Origin: Mytilus californianus
Lineage: Eukaryota
Direction of reading: 5' to 3'
Assembly: GCF_021869535.1 (NCBI RefSeq)
Contig: NW_026262582.1
Span: 47,864,001-47,928,000 of the forward strand
Length of the DNA: 64,000 nucleotides
A program made the translations under genes and the position numbers. The notes under the pieces are model-generated. The model saw only the letters and a program-made list of their open reading frames with translations. It was not told the DNA's origin and did no database searches. Positions 13,546 to 26,305 of the stretch are shown here, one piece after another; within the stretch, counting starts at the first letter, position 1; the number at the start of each line of letters is the position of its first letter.

Positions 13546-13599
13546 TAGTTAAATGCAGTTGTTGAAATTAAAATGAATACTTTATCATGCATTTATTAT

Positions 13600-13970
13600 G
13601 CAAACCATTTAAAGTCAATGAAACGTGACTGAAGTTGCAGGGCTAAATAATCTCTGGAAATGAGATATGATAATGCTGTTACAACTGCATACCAAATATC
13701 ATTGACCTATTGTTAATGGTTCTCCTTAAACTGACTAAAAATCACTTTAAGTCAATGAACCATCTTTTAGAGGGCGAGGCCGTTTGATCTACATAACAAT
13801 ATGCCAATGCTAATACAAATGCATACCAAATACCCATTGACTTATCGTTAATAGTCCCCGTTTTAAAAAACTCATCTTACATGTATCACAAGTTTTAAAA
13901 AAAATGTTGACGCCGCCGACGCCACCGGAATCAGCACGCCTCCATTACTTCGTAGAGTCGAGACAAAACA
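13600..13970 (-). mobile_element. Non-autonomous Helentron/HINE-like fragment
   Basis: Two diverged internal units (aagtcaatgaa...gcataccaaata), a gacgccgccgacgcc microsatellite and a gagacaaaa end. Confidence 0.45.
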
Positions 13971-14669
13971 TACCTATTCTAACATTTTTTCGACCTCTTA
14001 TATCTGGCAAATCTATATTTGATGTAATGTTATTGCAATTTTATCGAATTATGCATGACGATTTAAAAGGCTGCATTCGATAGGTTAAAATGTGATTTTA
14101 AAGTTGTTAACTAGGATTTGTTTCTTCTTTTCCATTATCACCGCGATTTAGCCTTTTTACGCTTATGCGGCGTTAAGTAATCACCAATAGATCAATCTTT
14201 TCCATTACTTAAAGTACGTTTTATCTTCCAGCGATCTTTTATTTGACATGCCTGAAAACTCGTGTTTAGAATAGCGATATTATCTAAACACATTTCTAAG
14301 TAAACACATTAAATGTACTTATACTGCAATCAGGTATTTTACTATACAGATAAAGCTATACGTATAAACGTAAGCTTTATACGTCAATGACCTCGACTGA
14401 CCTATTAGCCACGCCTACTTACCGGAACTACTTTATTTCAACAATGTCACGTCACTTCGATGGCAAGTGTGTCAACAATCGTTAAACTGTCGATAAACTG
14501 TCAGTGTTATTAATAAAAATAATAATAAATTCGATAGTTTTGTTTTCTTGAACCAACTATATATTTGTTTTTAGAATTTTTGACATTTTCAATTGATTCT
14601 TGAAAAGCCAACATATTCCAATGCCTTAAACCCTCCCCACAAACTTCGACTGCTACAATTTCCAGAAAA

Positions 14670-17414
14670 ATGTCGGACGAAGTCGCAAATTTCAATCTTC
14701 TATGGTCTCCATCAAATATGTTAGAAGATGAACAAGATGTAACTTCAAATATTGATGAAGATCTAGAACATGTCCTCATCCAAATAGATATGCTGGCTGA
14801 TCAAGGAAGTACTGAAATATGTCTTGAATACTCCCTTGATAGTGATACACTCACCACTGACACTGCAAATACATGTATTGCAACTGTTCCAAACACAACA
14901 CATGAAGACATGGATTTTGAAGATAAACAGTTTGACGAAGATTTTTTACATCTTGATGAAACTGGTGTACAAAACTTTCTTGATAAGCAACAAAACAAAA
15001 ACACTGCAAAGAAATCATTTTATGACCTAGCATTGGTTACCAGGTTTCTTAGAAAGAAAAATGAAACTAGAGAAATACAAACAATACCAGTTGCTGAGCT
15101 TGACTCTCTTCTTTCTAACTTTGTTCTTACTGTACGAAAAAGATGGCCAAGAGTATGAACCGTCGACTTTCCGTGGCTTCATAAGTAGTGTCGAGAGAAA
15201 ACTTAGGCGTCACAAATATGGTGACTCTATCATTTGAGATGACAATGATGAGAGTTTCCACCTTACCAGAGAAACATTAAAGGCAAAGCAAAAACTATTA
15301 AAACAAAAAGGCAAGGGCAACAAACTAAAAGGGCCCAGCCATTAACAGATGAGGAGATCAGCATGCTATTTGACAAGAATATTCTTGGTGACAATTCTCC
15401 AAAAGCCCTCCTCAACACAGTATGGCTGAACAATTGTGTTCAATTTGGACTAAGAGGCATCTCAGAACATTACTCACTTCGGTATGTTTTTATATGAAAT
15501 TATATTTAAGTTCTGAGACAGGTATTGTTAAATGCAAAAAAAAAATTGATATCAGAGAATTTCAAAAAACTAACATAAAAAAAGACCAATATTAAAGCGA
15601 TATGACATACGTCATAAATCACACACCAATATCTCCTAGATCTCGTCGATACAGTTGTTTCATTGGCAATCATATCGCATCATATCGTTTCTTTTAAACA
15701 AGCATAAAAAAGCTGAAATAATCACAGGAATAGATCACATTTTATGTTTATAAAATATTTATAAACCACACGGATAATTTTTACTGCATATTTGCTCGAG
15801 TGTAATCAAATTTTCTAACTTCAGGTGAATAAACAATGTACATACATTTTACATAAAATGCATCTATATGTTGATTGATTGATGGTGTATAACACCACTT
15901 TCAGACCGCATAGTTATAATGTGTTTTGTGGCGAACAGTTACGAAGTCCATATTTAGTGTACAAACTGCATCTGGTTGTCGCTTTTTTTTTCACTGAATA
16001 ATACATGCATATAAATCCACTTGATGAATAAACTTAATAGCGTCTCATTCTATACAATTCTCTATATTTGTGATACATCTTTCATCTGTAATAATCTACT
16101 GCGAGTGAAATTTTGCATCATAGTATAAAAAGTTGTTGCCACAGCTTGGAGTTTTTAATTCTATAAATAATTCTAGCACAATACTTCATCACTCACAAAT
16201 ATTTATCAAATTCAGACATGTATAAATGTAACTACTCCTTAGTTAGTGGATGGTATGGAGTTCAAATTCTTGCAGCTAGCAGATCAGAATCTCTGAAAAT
16301 AAAATATGAGACTAGCCACTTAATAAAAGTGATTGGAGTATAATGCATAAGAATAAATACACAGCAAACATGAAATAAAGTCTCATTTAAATATTAAGAA
16401 ATTTGGTTTTCTCGTCCAAATATGACATATTGGCCTTTTATAGATTTGTATACATTGTAGAAGGCTTTCATACATATACATTGGTCTCTGGTTGATCGTT
16501 GTCTCATTAGCAATCTACCGCAAAGTAAGAACGGATTGTCTGATATCATGACATTGTTAACTGCGATTGACCAAGTCCACTGGTGTAACTCGTTCATAAA
16601 TAAACTATTATTCTCAAATTGTGAAAAATATGATAACGATGTTGTTTTTTTTTCAGTTGGGGAGATGTAACTTTAACCACGGCATATGATGGCACAAAAT
16701 ACCTAGAATTGAATGAAAGGCAGACAAAAACTCGAACAGGAGCAAATGTCGCAGACGTTAAAGAAGTGTCGCCTAAAATATATGAAACAAAAGGGGATCA
16801 TGATCCAATTAAGTACTATGAAGTATATAAATCAAAGAGGCCACAAAATTTCAGTGATGCAGAGGACCAATTTTGTTGGCGCCACGCACCATTTCATTAG
16901 CCGACACACGTTCCCAAATATGGTTTCTTCGCCAGAAAATAGGAGAGAAAAAATGGGTTCAATAGTTAAAACCATGACGATTGAAAGAGGGTTAGATGAA
17001 CACAAGCGTTTAACAAACCACAGTGCCCGAAAGTATCTTGTTCAGAAACTAAGATCAAATGAAATTCCTGACACAGACATTATGCAAATTTCGGGTCACA
17101 AAAATGTTAATTCCATAAACAGTTCCAGTTCAATTTTAGAAAACAAACAGAGAAAAATTTCAAATTTGTTAAGTAATACAAGCAGCGAGGAAACTTGTCA
17201 CACTTCCACCGGGCCAAACTTACCGTGCACAACAGCTTCAACAGTCCTCTCATCTTTGTCTCAGCCTGTCAACCAACAAAACAACCTTGGTATGATGGCA
17301 TTTTCCATTAGCTCGCAAACCAACATGTCCAGCCGTATCAATTCCATGTTTTATGGCCCTACTCTCCACATCAACTCCCTCAATGTTTACATGGACAAAC
17401 CGCCTCAACAGTAA
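14670..17414 (+). pseudogene. Crypton-type tyrosine recombinase (DUF3504-like), two exons, decayed
   Basis: DGQEYEPST, FGLRG, LR|WGD across a GT-AG intron 15482-16656, ERQTKTRTG, TNHSARK and ISGHKN. Frameshifts near 15140, 15330 and 16880-16960; TGA at 15235. Confidence 0.88.
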
Positions 17415-17919
17415 TGGCCGCGCGCCAAAATCCGTTAGATCACAACGTGTAATAACATTTGTCAAACTTTTATAAATTCAAACTCTTTATGTCTTCAAAT
17501 TGTTGATTTACATACCATATTTATTAAATATCACTCTGTTATGAATCTAATTTATTTTCTCTTTCTATTTCCTAAAAATATCAATGTCTTATCGCCTGGA
17601 CTTTATGAATTACTACGCTATAAAGGGAAATACCCAACAATGGTACCCCAAGAGGGAAATTCTGAACACTTTTTTTTCTTATTAACAATAAATTTGTTAC
17701 GTATTTTATTTTTGATATTTTTTATCGATTTCAGTATAAAGACAATATTAAAAAAAAACACATATTTCAGGAAATTCCAATAGCGAAAAAAATATTAAGC
17801 ATCTATTTTGAATTAAAAAAAAATTCATTTAACATGTTTAATTACTCCTTTGCTTGAAGCTAAAATTTTGATCCCATATGGCAATGTCTTAAAGAACATA
17901 CATGCAAAAAACTTTTGTC

Positions 17920-18068
17920 CAGGGGCGGGTCCAGCCATTTTTAAAAAGGGGGTTGCAACCCAGGATAAAAAGGGGGGGGTGTTCCAATCATATGTCCTCA
18001 TTCAAAAACATTAATCGTCAAAAAAATGAAGGTTCCAACCCCCGGAACCCCCCTCCCCTGGATGGCCC
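17920..18068. mobile_element. Short MITE with degenerate caggggcgg.tccag TIRs
   Basis: caggggcgggtccagcc ... cctggatggccc around G/C homopolymer runs. Confidence 0.5.
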
Positions 18069-18141
18069 AAAATTAAAGGGGGGGGGGGGGGAGGTTCTTG
18101 CATATGCAATCTATATTTTTGTATGTGTCCGGTCGTCAGAT

Positions 18142-18818
18142 TTCTAATCAAGACACACCTATCCCTCAGTATGTTCGAATATGAATGTTTGTTTAATGTT
18201 GAGAAGGAGGATGGGGATTTTTTTTATTAAACCGTAGCATGTAAAATACATTTATCATTACCTTCGTTGAACTGATACATGCGAGTTCTTTGGGTTATAG
18301 ATATTGCTTTTTCTTCAGTCTCTTCTGCCAAATCCAACGCCTGAATCAAAATGTCGTCCGTCTTATACCCCGTCCATATTGACAACTGCATACAAGGAGC
18401 ATGGTGTATTTTTTTTTTGTAAACAGAATGCACGATACTGCCAACCTTGACCTGTTGGTCCATATAAGCACATGCATTTAACGGGAATATGCAAATCGGC
18501 AACTTTGAAATTTGTAAAATCTACTCACTTGTCAAAGTTTGAATGAAGATCGTCAAAGTAAGGTTACTAGTGGGGTTTCATCTAAAAAAATATGCCTTTT
18601 CTTATTAGTTATGGTTTGATATTGTCAATCAAAATGCTATCCGTTCTTTTTATTTATTTGATATTCAATGTAAACAAATTAAATTATTTTTAGTATCAGG
18701 TGTAAGTAAGTTATACACTTCGGGATACGGCGTATCTGGATAAGAAACCCCTCCGGCCTCCGGCCGTCGGGGTTTCTTATCCAGACACACATATCCCTCA
18801 GTGTATAACTATTACTTA
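18142..18818. mobile_element. Putative non-autonomous element with a single arm at the left end and a long hairpin at the right end
   Basis: Hairpin at 18703-18818 (tctggataagaaacccc / ggggtttcttatccaga). Its right arm is repeated, 26/29 identical, at 18142-18170. Confidence 0.5.
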
Positions 18819-18858
18819 AACCATTGTCGTGACGTAAGCCTATTCATTTACCATGGAT

Positions 18859-20043
18859 TCTTTTTCTAGAATCAACGCTTTCTAAATCTGTCGCTGAAAT
18901 GGATTCACCAAATTATATTCAATTGTTTCCTTTGTATGTCTAATTTCATTAAGTTTGAATTAGCTAATTTACTGATTTCTGTTCACTAATGGAATTAATT
19001 TAAAAACTTACCTTTAATTTTTGTTACTTTTATATGCCTTCACTGGGAAGCGAACCCGTCCTTGAAATCTGTTATGTGTGACTAACATCAACATATCGAC
19101 GAAACCTCTCGGCTACCAATTGGTTACAATTTACATGTCTATTTTATATATATAAATGAACATATGATATACATCGGTACAACGGACACACAGGGCTTGT
19201 ACCTTTATATATACATAATAGGCAATCGTATAGTATCAGTTGGTAGCCGCGAGGTAACATGGTTAAGATCAATGAGTTAAAGAGTCAAGTTAAAGGTAGG
19301 GACTTGTAGGTTTAGGTTCGAATCCCTGTCCCTATTCTTTAGTTTTTCTGTTTTTTTTTTTTTCTTATTTTGTATGTAATTGTGGATATTTTTGTAATAA
19401 TAGTGAGTTTTACCGTTTATTTTTGGATTATTATTGGCTATTTCACATATTTGAAACGAAAATGATTACATTCAATTTGTCCATTTTTGTTTTATAAATA
19501 TAGTAAGATTTCATCTGTTTTAGTACATAATTTTACAAATGTTTATTCGCAAATTCCTATGCGAGTAAATCGTGATGTGCCTAGAATTAAGCTTCTTGCT
19601 AGAAATTTTTGGTAACATACTTATTATATATACTTTTATATATGCTCTTTGGTCAGGTTGTTGTCTCTTTGACACATTCCCCATTTCCATTCTCAATTTT
19701 ATTAGAAATAAGTTCGAATATGTCAAGTTATTTTGTAAACACAGGTAATATTTAGATGCCTGATAATTTAAAGGCAGACGTGTCGTGTTATATTTGTATT
19801 TTTCTAACCAATTAGTTGTGATCTTAAATTTAGTAATGCATCGTTGAACATGATACCATGGTTATTCATACTTACTTACAATTCCTTCTAATTAAGAAAA
19901 GGCTTTAATTTTGAAAAGACATTAACACAATAGTTCAAGTTATAGATACAGTGGATAAGCGTTGATTCATGAAAAACAAACCATTCGCCCTCCGGGCTCA
20001 TAGTTTCTTTTTCAAGAATCAACGCTTATTCATTGTATCTATA
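18859..20043. mobile_element. Second putative non-autonomous element with the same single-arm plus hairpin layout
   Basis: Hairpin at 19941-20043 (gatacagtggataagcgttgattc / gaatcaacgcttattcattgtatc). Its right arm is repeated, 21/22 identical, at 18859-18880. Confidence 0.5.
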
Positions 20044-21418
20044 TTACATATGTCTTGAATATAAACACTTTTAAGTGGGCTTAAACACTAATACCTAAGC
20101 TAAGCATGATCCTAACCACAGTTCTCAACACTTTCTCCAATCAAAACATGTTATGATATTAAATATGTTAAAAAAAGTGCGCAAACAATGTACAATATAT
20201 TTAGAATTGTGTTTAGAATTTAAACACCAGTTATACAGTTTACATGTAGTAAGGATATCGAAAATGCATTTTTGACGTGTTCATATAGAAATTTAATAGA
20301 TGTTATGTCAATACCACCAATTTGAGAGAAAATCTGGGTCGGTCTATTCAACATGACTTGATTTCATTCTTCACATATAAAAAGTTAAAACAAAAAACAG
20401 AACTCCAAGGCAAATTCAAAAAGGGGAAGTCCATAAAAACTGACAAAATCAAACGCTATCAATCAACGGAACAAGTGAAAAACTTCTGCCATGTAACTTT
20501 AATCTAATAAAAATATGTTTGGAGAACAATTAAGAATTTCTAAAGATGTCTCAAAAATTCATTTTGACAGTGATCAGTGGGGTTACACTGCTACCTCATA
20601 TTACATGAAACGTATAGTAACAAATAAAACATACCGCAACTACATAAGAAAATGTCGCATCTACAATTAAATAAATAGCGTTCAATTATTTATTCACAAA
20701 AGAAAAACGTAGCAGTACAATTTTTACAAGAATATACACTTCTGCTATTACTTTGGTATTGATCATATTTCAAGGCTTAACTTTTGTTAAAATTTAAATG
20801 ATAGGGTAACAGTTTATATGTCTATAAAGACATTTCACATTTGTGCTTGTTTAACTGGTCAATTTAACTTTGTTCCTTTAAAACGACCTTGAAAGGCTGA
20901 TAAACATGATAAATAGAGTATATCATATGGCTTTTTCAATATCACATCCGTATCAACCCGAAACACCAATATAATTCCAAGAGCGCTGCTAATAATAATC
21001 GATTTCACAATTTATTGATTAATGGTAAAACATAAATCTCCTCTGTTTGTCGCGTGAATTGATTTCTGTATGAACGTACTAATATATTTTAATACTAAAT
21101 TTTTTTTATCGCAAAAATCATCTTTTTCCTCATGGAGTGTCTGCATATTTACAATTTCATATTAGACAATATCGCGACTCTACATAAGAAACGGCTTTCT
21201 CGATTTGCACTTTTCATAGACTGATTTTTAGAAACGGTAAAATAACAAAAAAACTCTCCACACTTGGAATATCCCCGTGCTCAAAATGGAAATAGCAGGG
21301 TGTGAATTTTTAGGCGGGTACATGACGACCGATTAATTTGTGATAAAATGTGACATTTTACCAGTTATTTGTGATTTTGAATGAACTATGATATCTAGTG
21401 ATTATTCTGACTTTTCAT

Positions 21419-24400
21419 ATGGGTAGAAAGAAAGGGAAACGTAAAAGATCATCAAATTCTACGGTTAGTTACACCCCAAGCCCGCACACAAAAAAAAAAA
21501 TGGCAACGGCATCAAAAATGAATCCATCAACTCCGATAGGCAATGCCATTGGCCGAGCAAATGATGTCATTCACGGCACAAACTCTCATTATTTTAAAAC
21601 TGGAGTCAGTGTTCCACCAAATACACCGTTTAAAACTATATACCCTAGCCCAGATTCACTACAGTTTACTGACCAGGGGTCCTCTCCGCACATTAGACCG
21701 TCCGGCTATGAAACACAAACCTTACATGATGTGATTAAAGACATTTACATAAAACTACAACCACTCGATCTTCTGCCGACGATAAACAATCGACTCAAAA
21801 ACCTAGAACTTAGATTGAATAATCTAGATAGTGAAATTAAATCAATGAAGGGGCAAATAAACCAACATGATAACAGACTTGAAACAATAGAAAATGAAAA
21901 TAATTTTTTTACTTAAAGAGTGTGAAAGTCTCAACCAACAAAACACACAATTGTACAACGAGACAAACCAGATGTATGAAAAGTTACTTGACATGCAAAA
22001 TCGGTCGACGCGGGACAATTTGATATTAAGCGGTATAGCAGAAGTGGCCCGAAGGCGAAACCCCGCCTGAAATTATTGCACGACGCAATGAGCTTTGGCC
22101 CGCGTTCCGTCACCATCAACAGCAGGAGGACACCGTCTAGTTTTACGATGTCAAACTGATAGTAAATGGAAGGCGAATTTATCCGTCCACTTATCACCAA
22201 CCACTTGATTAAACTTATGCTCCTCATCCAGTTCAACGTACTCGTTATCCTGCCGTACACATGCCCCCAGAACAAAATAGCCAACAGCAGTTCCCGAAAC
22301 CCGGACCTTCCTTCGTCTCAAACATTCCGCGTTACCAACCGCACACTAGAGTTCCGCAACCATTTCAACAGAGAACTGGTCAAACAAGGATCCCTGTATT
22401 TCAGGAACAGCAAAATGTGAGAACACCAATGCAGCCTCCACAGCAAGTTACTTGTTAGGACATTGATACAAGAGGCCCTATATGGTGCACTGACTATAGT
22501 TCTCAAACACAGAACAGTCTAAACATATCGTGTTTAAATGTTTTTGGGATCAAAAGCAAACTTCTTTTACCTGAATTTATTAATTTGATTATGATGTATG
22601 ATATCCTTATTTGTCTAAAAATTAAACAGATGATCTTGATCACTAAAATTGCCAGGTGGATACATACATTTTTCAAAAAACCGTAAGGGCCTAAACAAAA
22701 AATCGTGGGGTAGTAATTTATAAGAAATGTCTGAGCAAACAGATGAAATTTAAAAAAATGTAACAGCGAATTTGTGCAATGGGTGAAAATAGAAAATACC
22801 CCTGAGCAAGACACTTCATTTTTACTTGGGTGTATTTATATCCCCCCTTATGATAGTAAATATTCTTCTACCATGTCTACAGATGCATTTGATGAGATAG
22901 AGAGTGAGTTTATTTCTCTTCAAAATGATAGCACTTTTAATGCGCTTGTTGGGGATTTTAACTCAAGAACAGCTGTTTTACCAGATTTTTTTTATGCAAA
23001 TAAAAATTTGATGCATATTTTACAAGATGTAGAAAGTGATGTTAGTGAATATGTTTTCAACTTTAAAAAATTGCTTTTATATAATGTTCCACTTGAAAGA
23101 TTTAACCAAGATAAGTCAAAGCCTAATGCTTATGGCTATACATTGTTACAGTTGTGTAAAAACTTTAATTTGTTTATAGCAAATGGGAGAATTTGTCAAG
23201 CCAGATATATTGGTAGAGTAACATCCGGTGGTTGTAGCCTTATTGATTATTTGATTGTGTCTTCTGAAATTTTCCCCTTTATTGTAGACTTTAACGTCCT
23301 TGACTTTGACCCATTGTTTTCTGACACCCACTCACGCCTACATTTTACTATAAAATATTACGCTAGAGTAGTTCATGAGAACCAGTTTAACCAGTCTGAC
23401 AACAATTACCACAGATGGGTTAACAGTAAACGTGATATTTTCGTAGATGCCATTAACAATCAACAAGATACAATGTAGCATTGACTCTATTTTGGTGAAT
23501 CTTGAAGAGGTGAATACCCCAACTCAAGATGAAATCAACAATATTGTTAATAAGATGTCAAATATATTTGTCAGTAGTAGTGAGTCGGGGCGGCGCCAGG
23601 GGCGTAGCTGCCGTTAGGCACTTTAGGCACGTGCCTACACATAATTTTTTCACAAAAATTTTTGTTATTAAAAAAAATAATAAACAACGTTATCAGTAGA
23701 TGCACGTGAAGTCGTCAAAACTCTTTAATTATGAAATATCATTTGTACACTAGTCTATCGTCCTTAGTGAATGAAGTATTGGATAGAATTGTATGTCATT
23801 ATAGATAGAAACTAAAAACTAGAACTTTGGTCCAGATCATTTCACTTCTATCAACAAATACTTGAATAAACCTCAACATGCTCAAAACCCTGACATTGTA
23901 TTCTTAGATACATGATTTTTTAATTAGTTGTTTTTGGCTTTCAACTAGCGTACCACTTGGTCTTCATCCGACCTACAATAAAACCCTTGCCAAAGTTGGA
24001 CGTCTGTTTGGCTGTGCGGGATGTATAAATACGGAGGCACGTCTGGTCAGAATTGGGACATTAAATCCAATGCCTAGTGTAGAGAGAATGCCACGCTCTA
24101 TGCACATACACTTATATACTTGCAACAACTCTTTGAGGGGTTCGTAGGTGGTCTGAAGAAGGGCAAAATTTCTGTTCCTATCCAATAAATCCTCATTTTC
24201 CAATGCATGGCATTTCCAAATTTCCAGACCTTCATCCTGGACGACCCCTATTGCAGGACCTAGATACCTGTTGTATTTATTGTAAATTATTTATTGTGAA
24301 CATGCATGAACTATTTGCCATTGGCTGTTTAGCAATCAATCAATCAATCAATCAACTAGCTTTCAGTAATTTCGAGTACTCTCAGATCTACGTGAAATGA

Positions 24401-26305
24401 CCATAATTATTCAAATTCCTAAGCAGGTAGGGATTTTACAATACAGTATATCAGAAAATATGAATTTCTTGAATTTTGTTAGATAGTATGAACAGAACAG
24501 AACTTCTTCATGAGGCATCGACTGTGTGTGTGTATGTGTTTGTGTGGCTGGGGGAGGGTGAAGGCTTAAGAATCAAAAGATGAATGGTCGATGCGTAGTC
24601 CAAAGGATAGTATTATTTTATCTAAAAAAAAAAAGCGTTTGACACAGTTTGGGGGGTAGGTTAATGGCAAAACCTCTTAGCTAGTGGAATTAACGGTAAA
24701 ATATTGAGAGAAATTGTTAGTATGTGCAACGGTATACAATCATGTGTCAAACAAGGTAATGCATTATCTGAGTTCTTTAGTTGTGATATTGGTGTACGTC
24801 AAGGAGAAAATCTATCTCCATTTTTATTTGCAATTTTTTTTAATGATTTAGAAAGTTTTTTTACTGAAAATAATGTTTCAGGACTTGACATGATTACCAA
24901 CTTTTGTGAAGAAAAAAATCAGTGTTATGTACATTTATTTCTATAATTGTTATATGCTGACGACACAATATTATAAGCTGAGAGCCCCGAAAATATGCAA
25001 ACTATGTTAGAAAAATTTGAGAACTACTGTATACAATGGAAACTAAAGGTGAACTCACAGAAAACAAAAATTGTTATTTTTTCAAAACGCAAATCCAGAC
25101 TGAATTATGATTTTAGATATTTGGTGAAACATTAAAAGTTGTCGATGATTGCTCTTACTTGGGTTTAACTCTAAAATATAACGGTAATTTCTTTCTAGCA
25201 AGAAAAAACTTGATGCAGCAACCACACAAATTACTTTTTGCTCTGTTAAGACGTACTAGGAATTTGAATATTCCAGTACATCTCCAGTTAAAGTTTTTTG
25301 ACAGCTTAGTGTCACCTATTTTGCTATATACCTCTGAGGTCTGGGGATTCGAAAATATGAAGGATATTGAGAAAGCTCATTTGCAGTTTATTAAGAAGAT
25401 CCTGGGAATTCGTACTAGTACACCAAATTATATAGTTTATGGGGAAAATGGAAGGTACCCGCTGCACATTCAAGTAAAACTTAGAATGTTGAACTTCTGG
25501 AAGAAATTATTACAAAACCCAAGTAAGTTATCAGGTATATTGTATAAATCATTGCATACATTACATGGTACACATAACTTTAAATTTAAATGGATTGAAT
25601 GTATCAAGTCTACATTTGATAATATAGGTTTATCTTATATATGGAATGGTCAGTATTTGTTACATAATAATGATATTAATTGTTTAGTAAAGCAACAGTT
25701 ATTAGATAATTTTTACCAGAACTGGTATAAGGATATGGGTAAATCTTCTAGAGGCGACTTTTATATGTGCCTTAAGAAAGAATTTGTACTACAAAGATAT
25801 CTTTTAAAACTAACTAAAGTTGATCGTTTAACTATATGTAAACTAAGATGCTCAAATGTAAAATTTCCTGTCGAAACAAGTACATGTAGATGGGTTGGTA
25901 CATCCATGGAACACAGGATTTGTCATTTGTGTAACTTGAATGAAATAGGTAATGAATACCACTACTTTTTTGTATGTAACCATGTTAAAGTAACATCTCT
26001 TAGAACTCAGTACATTCCAACATATTATACACGTTATCCAGCTGTATTTGAAATGTATGGACATTTCTCATTATGTAATATAAAGGTCTTGAAGAATAAA
26101 GCTATATTATTGAGGAATTTAGAAAAAATATTGTAAGTAGCTGTACTGTTCAGATAAAACATCTGCTCATAATTAATTTAATGATAGAAATTTGTATATT
26201 TTAGCTGCCATTTCCATTTGAATATATGTACTGAATTCCTCTTGTAACACTTTATGTGTCTGAGAGTTTACAATAAAGAATTTGAACTTGAACCTGAACT
26301 TGAAC
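21419..26305 (+). mobile_element. Non-LTR retrotransposon (RTE/RTEX-like LINE), decayed, with an internal deletion and insertion
   Basis: ORF1 is basic plus coiled-coil from ATG 21419. APE endonuclease motifs GDFNSRT, DYLIVS, SDTH. RT motifs GVRQGENLSP and YADD at 24953-24964. C-terminal CxxC...H...C. The 3' end is aataaa plus a (ttgaac)n tail at 26272-26305. Sequence 23581-24660 is foreign. Confidence 0.88.
23597..23660 (+). mobile_element. DNA-transposon terminal fragment (caggggcgtagc...) at the LINE breakpoint
   Basis: GC-rich hAT-like terminus; the partner end was not found. Confidence 0.35.
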
